Positions 1-12,300 of a stretch of DNA of 64,000 nucleotides are shown in pieces. Both the position numbers and the translations under genes were made by a program. The notes below the pieces were generated by a model. That model was not told where the DNA came from. It ran no database searches and saw only the letters and a list, made by a program, of their open reading frames with translations. Source of the stretch: Balanoglossus misakiensis (taxonomy: Eukaryota > Animalia > Hemichordata); NCBI GenBank assembly GCA_040954595.2, contig CM082580.2, positions 6,083,519 through 6,147,518 on the forward strand, written 5' to 3'. Positions within the stretch are counted from its first letter, which is position 1, and every line of letters begins with the position of its first letter.

Positions 1-161
1 TCTTTAGAACTCTCAAATACGCCATTTCAGCCATATATGGGCGTATGTAAATTGGAGGTGACTGTATACCTTTAACGTAATGTTTGTACTCACGAAATTA
101 CACACATGCACATAAGACGATCATCGGCCTTTAATATACACAGAGGTATTTTTTTACTCAC

Positions 162-393
162 CTCGCAGATCCACTAGTATAAGTTCGTTTTCTTTCAACT
201 TGTAATCGTTTAAACTTTTGAACAAATCCAGATCTTCCTCTGGCAAATTGACTAGTCTGAGAGTGCAGTGAAAAGGGTCGCTGCCGTGCTCTCCACAAAT
301 CTGAGGTAGGAGCTCGCAGAGTGCTTTGTCCGGATTCACTCGCACCACGAATTTCTTGGATTTGGAGACGTGCACCGTCAGCCGCACAGTTTG
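162..393 (-). CDS. COBL: Cobl-like exon (second ubiquitin-like subdomain)
   Basis: Acceptor tttttgccacatgcag| at 394, donor |gtgagt at 161; encodes QTVRLTVHVSKSKKFVVRVNPDKALCELLPQIC... Confidence 0.9.
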
Positions 394-3300
394 CTGCATG
401 TGGCAAAAATTAGGAAAAACCTGAGTTTTAAAGCATGAACTTTACCAACTGTGACTACAAGATACGGAGGCAAGTCATCGTCGATGACACAGTCCCCACT
501 GTTAATGAAGTGAAGTCAGCAAGTCAAAGTCTGAGGTGCTTTACGTAGTGATTCCACAATGCACTGCAGTGGTTACTCCTGGCAGTCCGACAAAATAACG
601 TTTAGTGCCGTGTCGTACAACGTACCATTTTGCATCAGTGATGCGATTCATAAACTATCAGCACTCACAAATTCCTTCATTTCAATTTACCAATTTTTAG
701 GAATATACCTGAAACAATTTTGTGGAATGGAGAAATGGACTGTGTAGAACTAAAAGCTTTTAAAACTAGTACGAACAAAAAATAAATTATAAATTTCAAC
801 TCCCAACAGCTTCTACTCAACTGAAATACTCGCAGCATCACTAGATGCAGCTAGACTGTCTCCATGGTAATCTGAAATCCAATGCTAAACGGCTCCATCC
901 CAAATCTACTTGATGACGTCAATCCTTCCAAAACAAAATTGACTTTCCCCCCGTCATATTCAATCTTATGAAAATCCCCATTACATGTGTGACTGGGCAT
1001 GTGAAGTGCATGTGAGTGCCACTGTTAATCATTTTTCAGTGCAACAAGCCCCGGAGGATTATTTTATTGGATCATCTCGGAGAAAATCACATCATAGCGG
1101 AGAAAGCATTTTCATTAAAAAATAAAAATAAAGTTTTTGAGGTCAGCCATGTATAAAGTGTGACGTCAAAAATACTAAAAATGCTAAAATGAAAAGTCAT
1201 GTACTGAGGTATCTGCTACTCTCTTCCGGATATCCCCCTGTGGCTACTTTTAGCATTAATGTTCCCACATCATGGTATCAACACGGTTACACCGACAATA
1301 GTTTATTTTTTCCTCATGACTTATTTTACTGTATACGGGAACACCAGATTTATTGGCGACATTTATGGCACCATAGCAGGTCATATTTTGACATAACAAC
1401 CCGAAAATTGGCAATTAATCATACATTCCGTGGTTCCCCGGATTTTTCGACTTCTGGGCGAATTCCTCAGCCCGCAGCTTGTCGACTGCTGTGAACCAGG
1501 GGCTTCACTTGCATGTTTGAGAGAAGTCGTGGTCGAAGCTATAAAACTCGGAATGTTCACAAGAGAACATGAACACTCGGCCATTCACGAATTAGGTCAT
1601 CGGCAACAGCCATTCTATTTATATCAGGCAGTCGTGTAAATGCAAGGTGCGGTACTTACCTCAAACTTGGCTGATTTCTTGACGGGCACCTTGGATTCAG
1701 GCATTTTCTTTGGCACTATTTCTATGGTCTGAACACCGAGATCTCCCACCTGGGTATTGGGTTTGAACTGCAACAGCAAAAGAACAAGCACTGGGATTTT
1801 AAAATACATAAGGAGTAAACTAAGCCAGGAGGAGAGAGGCATTCTTGAAAAAGACTTTGTGAAAGCTTATTTTGCCTGTCCGATGAGATGGCACAGCACT
1901 TAAGTATTTATTGTTGGTAAAATTGCGACCTTTTTCTTCAAATGCAGCAGAACAGAGGCAGAACTTGCACAGAATTTGCAAGACCTCAGGCAAAACTTTG
2001 CCAGGCAATTGAAATGGCACAACACAACACTTCAACTTTTGTAGGTATGTGACCCTTTTCCCCCAACTACATCAGGTCACTAGTAGAAGACATGTAAAAT
2101 TTCAGAATTTTTTTTGTAAATTGGTAAGACTGAGAATATGGGTTTCTATAGCAATCTCCCATTGCTTCCCAGCGAACAGGTACATGTACATGACATTGTC
2201 AAATGCTAAAAAGCAGCCGGGCGGGTCAACCCACACAAATTGGGTCGAAAGGCTCAGGACAGGCTTAAGAGCCACGACACTCCTTATCTATCGCACGATG
2301 ACACACATACACGCAGTGTAACCAGCCTTTCACAGTGACAAGTTTTTCTGCCTACCGTAATCTGTTAACAACCAAATTGATGGACAGCTGCGATCGACTT
2401 CATCATAATTTCATCGGCAGAAATGTCCCTGACCATGAAAAGTCGCTGCCAATATTCTGTCAAGTGTCCTCAGGCGACAGAGTAACACTCCCGTCCTTAT
2501 TCAGAGAGTGGCATTTTTACAGTAGCCCCCGATGACCGTATCTCTTACGCCAAACAATACCTTGACATATTTCAGTGGGCACAGCAACAATACTCGGGGC
2601 GACACCGTCACGAGATTCAAGGTCACATTGTAGGTAATAAACTTATTCATGGGAAGCTACGAATACCTTGTATTCACTGAATCAAGCAGAAGTTCTCCAT
2701 CTCTCACCGGATTTGCGTGGATAATGCATATTTTTATTAAAACAATATTATTACCCAACTAGCTTGGGTCTGGGATTTACGACGTGATAATGCAGAGAGG
2801 CACATAAATTTCCCTAGTCGTGAGCAATAAAATTGAATTTTTACTTGGTGTTGTTCATGTTATGTACAATCTGTCTAGGGCCTCATGGCTAAGGATGAAA
2901 ATCCTCCCGGGGAGGGGTTAATTCAGTCTGTATCTACTTGTATACATTGAAGTCATTTACCAAAATTGGGACTAGAGTAAATTTTACACGGACTCTTGTA
3001 CTTGTCTTCCATATGCTTAGAATCAACAGTGAGTGCTCCGGCCCCTCTCAATACTCCAGACGAAACTCGTCTGGCTGTTGTCCGACATCGCATATCCGCA
3101 TTTAATACTTTGAGCCAACTAATAAGAAAACCTACATCCACTACACATGGTCTGACATGAAATGTATTTAGTTGTGAACCCCCAATCATGACTAAGTTCC
3201 ACTCACACCTTGCTGTATGACAAGGGCATCCCTTGCATTATCGTCCACTGTAACCTCTAAACTACGGCCCACTCACATTTCACTAATCTCATAATCTGTG

Positions 3301-6300
3301 TTGATTTATTTCAAGACGGCAGCTTTAATACAAAATATATACCAAGGGGGCGTGGCAAGGGGGGGGAGAATACGTCACTCCACAACAAGTGTCAACAAAC
3401 CTGTATGGGGTCATCCCCCGGGTACGGGGCAGGAACGTGGATGACATGCGCAGCGGGGCTCAGTCGGTTCTTGGCTGCTATGTGCACCAGCAAATCCATC
3501 ATCGCCACACTGGAAAGAAAAAAAAAAGAAAAAGAAAGAATAAACAAACACAAAAATCGATATACAAATGTAATTCACTCAGACCCAGCCCCGAGACACA
3601 ACAATAGCGTTTTCATGTCAACTTCGGGTACGTGTAGGTGACTCTTTGTTAAACAGCACCTTGTCAATACGCCACAACTATTGTTGTCGTGGTATTACAC
3701 GTAAAAGGATAAACGCCGGGCAAGGATAAAGGCTATGTGGGTCAGCAGATTTCCCATGGTCTCTATCCTATTTACCACCCTCCTCTCAGTAAAAGAAGGT
3801 GTGAATTGTAAAAATCCACACTAATACTCTGCCCAGTTCTGCTTGTACATGTACACACATAATATACTTCCAGCCATTGTACCCCCTAGTTATCACTGGG
3901 GGAAGAAATAGTTCAAATTTCTGAGCTTTTGAATATAAATCATGCACAAGAACAAACGTGCTGAGTACTGATTCCTCACCCCCCCCCCCCCTCCATCACT
4001 GAACACAAACAGCCACGCAGGTATGTAATTACATGCGTGCTTCCTGTAACATGACCAGGAGTCAGTCTGGGACCACATGGAGCGATGGATGGCCATAATC
4101 AGCGATAATATTTTGGAAACACGCAGCGAGACCGCAAACACTGGTCTTACTCGACCATACATAGCGTTAATGATGCCTGGATGTTGAAAGAGAAAGTGTT
4201 GATTGATGCATGTGCGAAAATAATTTTGTTCTTTCATCTCTGCCGGTCAAATCAGATCTCTACAATTGGCTGTGGCTGCTCATTTTTATCATCTTTTTTT
4301 TCCATTATCAATCATTCCACTTCTGACATGAACCTCTAAGACCTTCCTACACTTGCAGTCATTGTAGTGTTCTGATGCACAGTCACTTGGGAATTGTTAC
4401 ACTGCGATATCACGCCTATGACTTAGACATAGGTGTAATAAATGCAATGTAACAATTCCCAAGTGACTGTGTTCTGGTGCATCCGGAAGTCTAAATCTAG
4501 ATTCTACATGTACTTCACGTTTTTTGGTAACAGAGAAGGAACCACATGTGCGTTTATCTTTATACAACTGAACATTCCAAACAATTGAGCACGCCATAAA
4601 AAAGAGAAATAAACTGATTTATTGACGCTGTTTTGTTATTGTCGGTTGTTCTCAGTTCTTTTACACCTTTGTTTCTATTACTTCACTTCTGCCATGAAAG
4701 CTTCGTGAGCTGACGTGATTTGATCACCTACATGTATAGGGAACACTGATTATTATATGCAGGGACACGACCCAGGAACTGGTTTTAACATGCACGACGT
4801 TGCATACACAGTATAAATAGAGGTATCGTCATAGAAAGACCCCAAATATTTTTGAATATCGACTGAAAACAACAGAAAATGCTTTCTTTTTACACAAATA
4901 CTTTCCAGCTACAGATATTTTTCACAATTTAATACCCAATGTACCAGCTTACAGGATTATGTCAGAGACCTCCCCTTCGCTGAGACTATAACATCTCTCA
5001 TATGTTGGCGTCAGATTTCTCATAATTATCCAGATTTTTTATTTATACTCTACTTCCAACCTGTTCACATTACATGCAATAATTATTCGCTCTGAATAGA
5101 CTGGCTATTCTCAGTAGAGACATTAGTAATCTGCTAGTGATTTATTATTTTTTCTTTTGCATATATAATTCCCTGATGTTTGTACTGCACATGGATAGGG
5201 ATATGCCATTAAAAATATCACTTGTCTGATTTGGTCTCTATTCCACTTTTCAATACAAGCATATGAGCTAATAAATGTTTCATATAAACACGTCAAAATG
5301 TTTCATATAAACACGTCAAATGCAATCTAAACCAGGGAAATTAATATAACAAATCAATGAACATGTAACTATCTATACGTCTGACATACAAAGAGCTACA
5401 TCAGCTGTATAAATGATGCATTAATATTTCATAGCCTTATATCGACATCACTCATCCTTTGCACAGAAAAGATGCAGACAGCTGTACACTGACTGGATTT
5501 TTGCATTTTCAATTGTATTGTGCCAATTCTGTGTACCTTAATACGTAAATTATGACTGTATTTATTTGAATTAAATGTAAATTAAGTATTATTTATTTGA
5601 ATCCTTTGCAATTTATTATTTATGCAATACTAGTATATGATCTTGTTTCCAACATAAGTACTTCCGCCAATTCTCGCACACATTCTTTTGTACTACAAAT
5701 GTTGCAGCAGTCAACTGCCATTTATTGGTCAATAAGTCGTTTTAGGATCTATAATCACGATTTGTACCGACAAGAACATCAAGCTCGCTGAGTTCAGCCT
5801 GACAGACCAACCATGTTGTTGGCCAAACCAAAGACCACACCTTTTGCTAATCAGAGGGTCAGGTTTAGCCATTCCTCCAGGGTCAAAGATCAAGTAACCA
5901 GTTGGTGTGTCTTTAGTTATGCATGCTACCTGTGGTCAAAGGTCAGGCTCTGTACATTTTACCTTAAAATGACATGCTTTCTCCATTGTTTTCTGTCGTT
6001 TCGCAATTGCCATGATTATTCCTAAAGAAAATCACCAAGAAAAACTTTGCAAACGGAAAAAAAACAAAAGAATTCCTTTATATTCCTTTATTAGCCCCAA
6101 GAGACAAACAACCACAGATTACAGGTAATGTTCTATCTGTGCCACAATCTTTAACTGCAGAGTTTTCTATCCTCGCTGACCGACAAAACTTCTGACAAAG
6201 CAAAGAAGCCACAAACAGGCTCTTGTGCCCTGACTTGCCCACAAACCATTTCACGGACAGTTACACCTGTAAAAGTTACAGGTACTGGGGAACATGTTTT

Positions 6301-9300
6301 AGAACAAGAAAACAAACGGCCACCACTATCAACAACCACGAAGCCACTCAGGTGTGGCAAGGAACCATTCCTGGCCTTTGCAGCACAAACACACACCCAC
6401 TTCAGAGAATCACTTACTCCTCGTCCTTCTTCTCCTCCGACCCAGTTTCCGTGATTTCCGCAACATCACCGGCAGCAGCTGTCTCCTTCCCACTCATGCC
6501 TTCAAAAGCAATCAGTTCCTTGTTTTGAAATGACTTCAGGTTTCGCAACACTCTCTCATCAAAGAACGCCCTTAGTCATTTTTTTTCTCTCTCTCTGACT
6601 AGTTCATTTGCATGACAAATCTCTTGCGATGTCTCAAATTATCTCATGCCTATCTCTCCTCTCCAAGTGCCGCAGCACACAGTGAAGGCTAAAGTCAAGT
6701 GCTGCCATTGGTCAAAGGTCAACAGTCCTTCCTTGAGTGCAACCATTAAAGCTCCACTAACTGCAACTTCTTAAAATATTCTTTTTTTTTCAAAATTGTG
6801 TTTCTGGGCATCCAATCTATTGCAGTTTCTTGTTCAAATCCTTAAACCATAATGAAATGCAGGCAATTTTAGCACGCTTCAGGGAATACCATAAGACAAT
6901 GAAGCTGATATACCGGAAAATAGCCCCAAGTGACAGTTAAACAGTCCCTTTAATCAAACAACATGCTGAACAGACACCGATCAACTAACTCATCTTGTAT
7001 TGATAGAAAATATTCCAGCTAGAGAAGTGAGGGTCATATAGTAGTTTTTGTAGGTGATGAAAACAGAAGCTAGTTCTAGAACGGAACTATGTTAGTGCAT
7101 TCACATACCATGGGGAAATGATGTTTGGCATAAAATCAGAAGCTTTAAAGCTGAAAGAAACGGAAGTATATAATCGCTGGCAATTGTATCTATGCCTCTA
7201 GATATTTAACCTGAAGGTCAATGTCGCACCGAGTCAAGGTGATCTTCTCATCAACACACAACCACAAAGAGGAACCAATGATGCTCAGGTTAAGGTTACA
7301 ATGCACAGGCATTGTTCACAAATATTTCCCATTGTTGGACTGTGACGGCAGATTTCACACACCCATCCTTTTGTCACCATATTTGTCACCATACGCGACA
7401 TGTACGACATGTACGACAAAATCAGCCTTGCAGACCAACCCTTTAGTTGTTTATTTTTTTTTTTCGTATGTATTGAAGTACTTCCCCTTTCTTCGCGGGT
7501 TTGTTTGTATGACGCAAGTGCTCTTTGTTTGTAAACAAAAAAATTTAACCCAAGGAATTGTCACCAAAACTGCTGAGAAGTAGTAAAACAACACGATAAC
7601 AGAGCGTGTTATAGCACAATTCAAACGGAGGGGATTCCCCCCAACGCCAAAGTGGTGGTGCGGTGTTAGAAAACAGCCTATTTCAGAAGTACTCCTGCTA
7701 TGGATACCAGCAATACTTATACCAAAATTTTATAACATAATTAAAAATTTCCATTATTCCAGGGAAAAAGAATGGTACCATGCTAGATTTGCATGAAATC
7801 TCACATGTACGGATGTACTATCAGTTGCGTTACAATTTTTGCAATAAATCATCGTAAATTATTATGGTAAACTACATTAAATTTTGTTGTCCACAGATAC
7901 CGGCGAAGAGTCTCCAAACAGCTCTGCTATCACATCAGATACAAGTCAAAACCAAACACATTTATGCTGTACATGGATACCTTAAATGACCAAATGACCA
8001 TTCATATTGACAGAACAGACTATTTTTAGTCTAGCTGCCTGAAATCTTCCAGCAGATGTTTCACCCTTGAAAATCAATACCTCATTGAATATTACAGGAA
8101 TCTTTAAAAGAACTGGATTTGGGGAGGTTAATCCAATATGCACGATCTCTGAACAGGTCCCGCTACTGATGTTCTAAATTCAGGCAAAGTGACAATCTGC
8201 AATCACTATGAATATCTTCTACAGCTACTGCAGAGAGTACGAGATTAGCACAGCTAGAATTCCAAAAATATTCCGGACTGTACATCATTTAGTCTGCATG
8301 TGTTTCAGGAGAGACCAGACATGGGATAAAAATAGTACACTGGTGCCTTGCTGCGATACAGAAATTGTCAAAATAAACACTTTAATTCTAAACTGACCCA
8401 GATATCAAAATATGACATCTTTGCCTTTGCTAAACCCTCTCACCCACATCTGTCCCTGTATGGACTCAACCACATCACTGAAAACCATGGATTGAACCAA
8501 CAGTGGGGGGTGGGGGGTGAAAGGGTCAATGCTTAAATCGCAAAGAATGCAGGCTCACACTCACAGACAGCACACATTGCAGCATGCATGATTGTATGTG
8601 AATATTATTAAACCCACGCAAACAAGATTTTCTTCTTTACCTGGCATCGACCGTGGGTGTGACGGTCCTGTTATTGGGCAGATGCACAATCAGGCTGATC
8701 TTGCCATCTACAATCAGAGGATTCTCGGTGTCCTCCATGGCTGGCGCTGTGCCGTTGCTGGTGGCTGGGTCTTTGTCCTCCATTCTGTCGTCAGCCGTGG
8801 CTGTTGTCCTGTAAATACACAGCAATCGCAGAGAGAATGGTCAGTGAAAGTTCTTCGCGACCCGGTACATGGCGACCATTTGTGATGCAATGGCGAATGA
8901 AACATTGAGTATAATCGCTGACGGACTGGGTGTCTGTATCACAATCTGTGAATCATGACGTCTGAAGACGCAACAGCATGGAGAACTGATTAATCATTTT
9001 ATTTTAATCACGTCTGCGATTACCTTGAGACTGGTGGGCAAATTTTTTATTCATGTCATAATCCATGCGTGAAATTAATGAAAATATTAGAGCTGATCAT
9101 CATCTTTCAACAAAGCCCTTGTTCTACTGGTTAGGTTGGGATCTACATAGTCAGAAACGTTTCATCAGTCACGTTTATCGACATGTGATTTTGATGATCG
9201 GATCACTATTGGTGAGCCCTCTTTTTCACCCAGTTTTATCACCACTGTTTAAACATGAACATTTAACAATGTGGAATTGCATTTCTTTAAAATTCTCTGT

Positions 9301-12300
9301 AAATTACCCTTCACTACACCTCAGACTGAACAAAATCATGAATTGTCATGGACAAAATGACAGACATCCTGAGTTTTTAAAATCAAATACACGCTACATG
9401 TATTGTGTAGCTTGATATTTATCTATTCACAGCCAAAAAGGCCGGCTCTTGGCAAATCTGTATATGTTGCTAATACCAGCTACCGTACAGCATTCAATCA
9501 CTGTTGAAGCTTGGCAGGCAATAGGGAGTCCCTTTAAAATGAATGACCCCAGGGGCATGGCTCGGTTGAACACACAACTTTGATAAAAAACACAGTAATA
9601 TTCACGCACTGGAACATATCAGCTTTACAGACAGGCTGGTAATCAGATTAATTTCTGATCCGAATACCTTCAGTTATGAATGCATTATGCTGGAATGTGC
9701 TGCACGAGAATTAGAAACCCATTCCTCTCATTTCACATGATTAACACAAGCTGACTTCAATGGAACTATTGTGTGCCTTTATTATTGCATTTGTGAATAC
9801 TCATTCACGTCTTAATTCAATGTAATCTCCGTGATTGGTTTGCGTAATGAAGAGCACATTCCGCTAATTTGATAGATGGCAGCTTTGGCAGTCATAAAAT
9901 ACCAGCCGATACTGCCCCCTTTGCATGTAGCTGGGAATCTGATTTTAAATGATAGGCTCATTTATAGGTCTCTTCATCTAATGGAATTTCAAGCTTTTGC
10001 CGGATGAAAGACAACATTCTGTTGCGTTAACTGTTAGTGTTATGTAATTGTTCCCATATCAGGGACTCAATGACCTGAACATGGCACTTTGCAAGTGACA
10101 TTACGTATTCCTGGAATGGGAGGTATAAGGCTTATACCTCCATACTGGAATGTACCACACCTGGTGAAGAGTTCAAAATGCAAAAATAAATCTTCAGTTT
10201 TCCAACTGCTACATGTACAATCTCTGAGCAGGTCTACATAAACAATCCATTCAGAAAGCAAGACAAAATTAACCAGGAAGATGTTTACATGTACCGGTAC
10301 ATGCAAATATTTGTTGACATTACACTCTATTCACAATCAGAGACAGGCCTGCACCTAATCAATTTCTTTACTGGACAACCACAGAAAAATCACGGCAAAC
10401 ATTTTACCATCCTGGCCACGTGTGCCAAAAGTAAGTATGATTTGTTTCATTGCGGTGTGTAGTCTACCTACATATATTTGCTTTATGGGGACATTTCAAA
10501 CTCAACATCATATTGACATTCTCTGAAAGTGTAAGACAGGCAAACATGGTTGTATGCCTAACTGTTCTGAGTAGCCCCAGAAACAAACACACCCCAGATC
10601 AAGGTAAATATTGACTGTTACGAGTAGAAACTCACTGTTTGGATGAATTTGATCGTAGATGATTTTTCAAAAAAGATTTGCACCTCAAAATCGAAGCCTC
10701 ACACCAGGAAGTAAACCTCACTGTTGAACGACCACAGTTTTTTTTGCTGATTTGGTTGGTCGGAGGTCAAACGCTGTTCACCTCTGTGAACAGGCTGCTC
10801 GGATGAAGTGTTAAGCAGCTCGAGACACCTTGCATGGTGCTTACCTGACCCTTGACCTCTCGAGTCTTGTTCCCCTGTCGGTCCGAGTTCAATGCACAAA
10901 AATGGCTGTAATCCAACCCACGCAGTCTAAACTGCGAACAGTAAAACCATTCTTTTCTTGTGTGTGTATGCGTGGACGACAGCCTCTGGGAAGAATACAG
11001 GTACAAACTGTTCCAGGCCATTTCTCACAGTGAATAACAGTGATGCATGTACAAACAGTTTGTGCTGTGTACAATTCTCATGAAACAAAATTTTCAACCA
11101 AACAGCTTACAGAAGCACAGCTTTCCAAAAATTATTTTTTTTATCAATTTCTTCATGCTTACCTTCATTATCAATGATTGTCTTAAAGATGAATAAGCTT
11201 TACAGAGAAAGGTTTCATCTACATGGCACGACACACAATCAACGTGCATACGACAATTGTTTTGACCACCTAGCTATGTACATGTATGTCATCAGGCCAG
11301 TCTGTCCACATCATAAATCCACGAACACAAATGGTTATGTAAAGTTACCCAGGAACAACTTGAATATGGAGTGGATTTCAGAGATACATGTACATGTAGT
11401 GTACACACCTTGGCCATTACCTGTAGCCACTGTTTTGTAGACCGAGTGTTTTGCATAAAACCTACCTCAAATCTGCTAATTATTAACTTGATGACAATTT
11501 GCCAGAAGAGTGCCAGACAGCTTTGATATTTACATCATGACATAACTGTTTCAGAACTGTGACTATCAAATGTAGGATGAAACCAAAATCCGTTGCCTTC
11601 ACAATATAAACGCCACAACCTCAGAGATGAATTCTGTAACCAGTACAATCTAGCAGTCAGGAACAGCTCGGCCATGTTGAAATTTGACACACCAGCATGA
11701 GACGACTGGCTGTCACGAATTCGAGCAAATGGTTAACTTCTTTTTTCAAATTCAGTGTTCTCCCAGAGCAATTATAAAGTGCACCGGCCAACATCCCTTC
11801 AATTTATCATCACAAAACTGCTATGCAAATTAGCTGCAGCGTTACTACATCAGAAATTCCTGGGGAGAACACTGAATTATATTCAGAAACGGTACCGAGA
11901 GAAATAAAATTCTGAAAACAGCAGTTGCCACCTGTACATTTGCACACTGCAGTGACAAAATTTCCCACACGCACATATGTAACTGATCCCAGGAATATGT
12001 GCATCTGTACATGGTTGAAGCCTATCATGTTGGACCAAAGAACAAAACATCCAGGTTATACACTCTTACCCACAATTGGCATTTCTTAAGAAATCAAAAA
12101 TGGGAAATTTTATCAATATTTAAAAATTCATCTCTCATAATCTGTACACCAAACACTTCACTGTTGTTTCATATACCAAATATCAAAGCTTAGATGCTCT
12201 TCAATTTAATTTGAAATGACATGATAATGTAGATACCATTTGGTAGCAGATCCATGGACATATCAATACATCAAATCTGTCCTACATTACTGTGTCAGTG

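Noticed and set aside
10839-10900. Minus-strand CAG|GTAAGC donor in Cobl intron 1
   Set aside because: The phase-2 frame has a stop 15 codons upstream with no ATG or clear acceptor.
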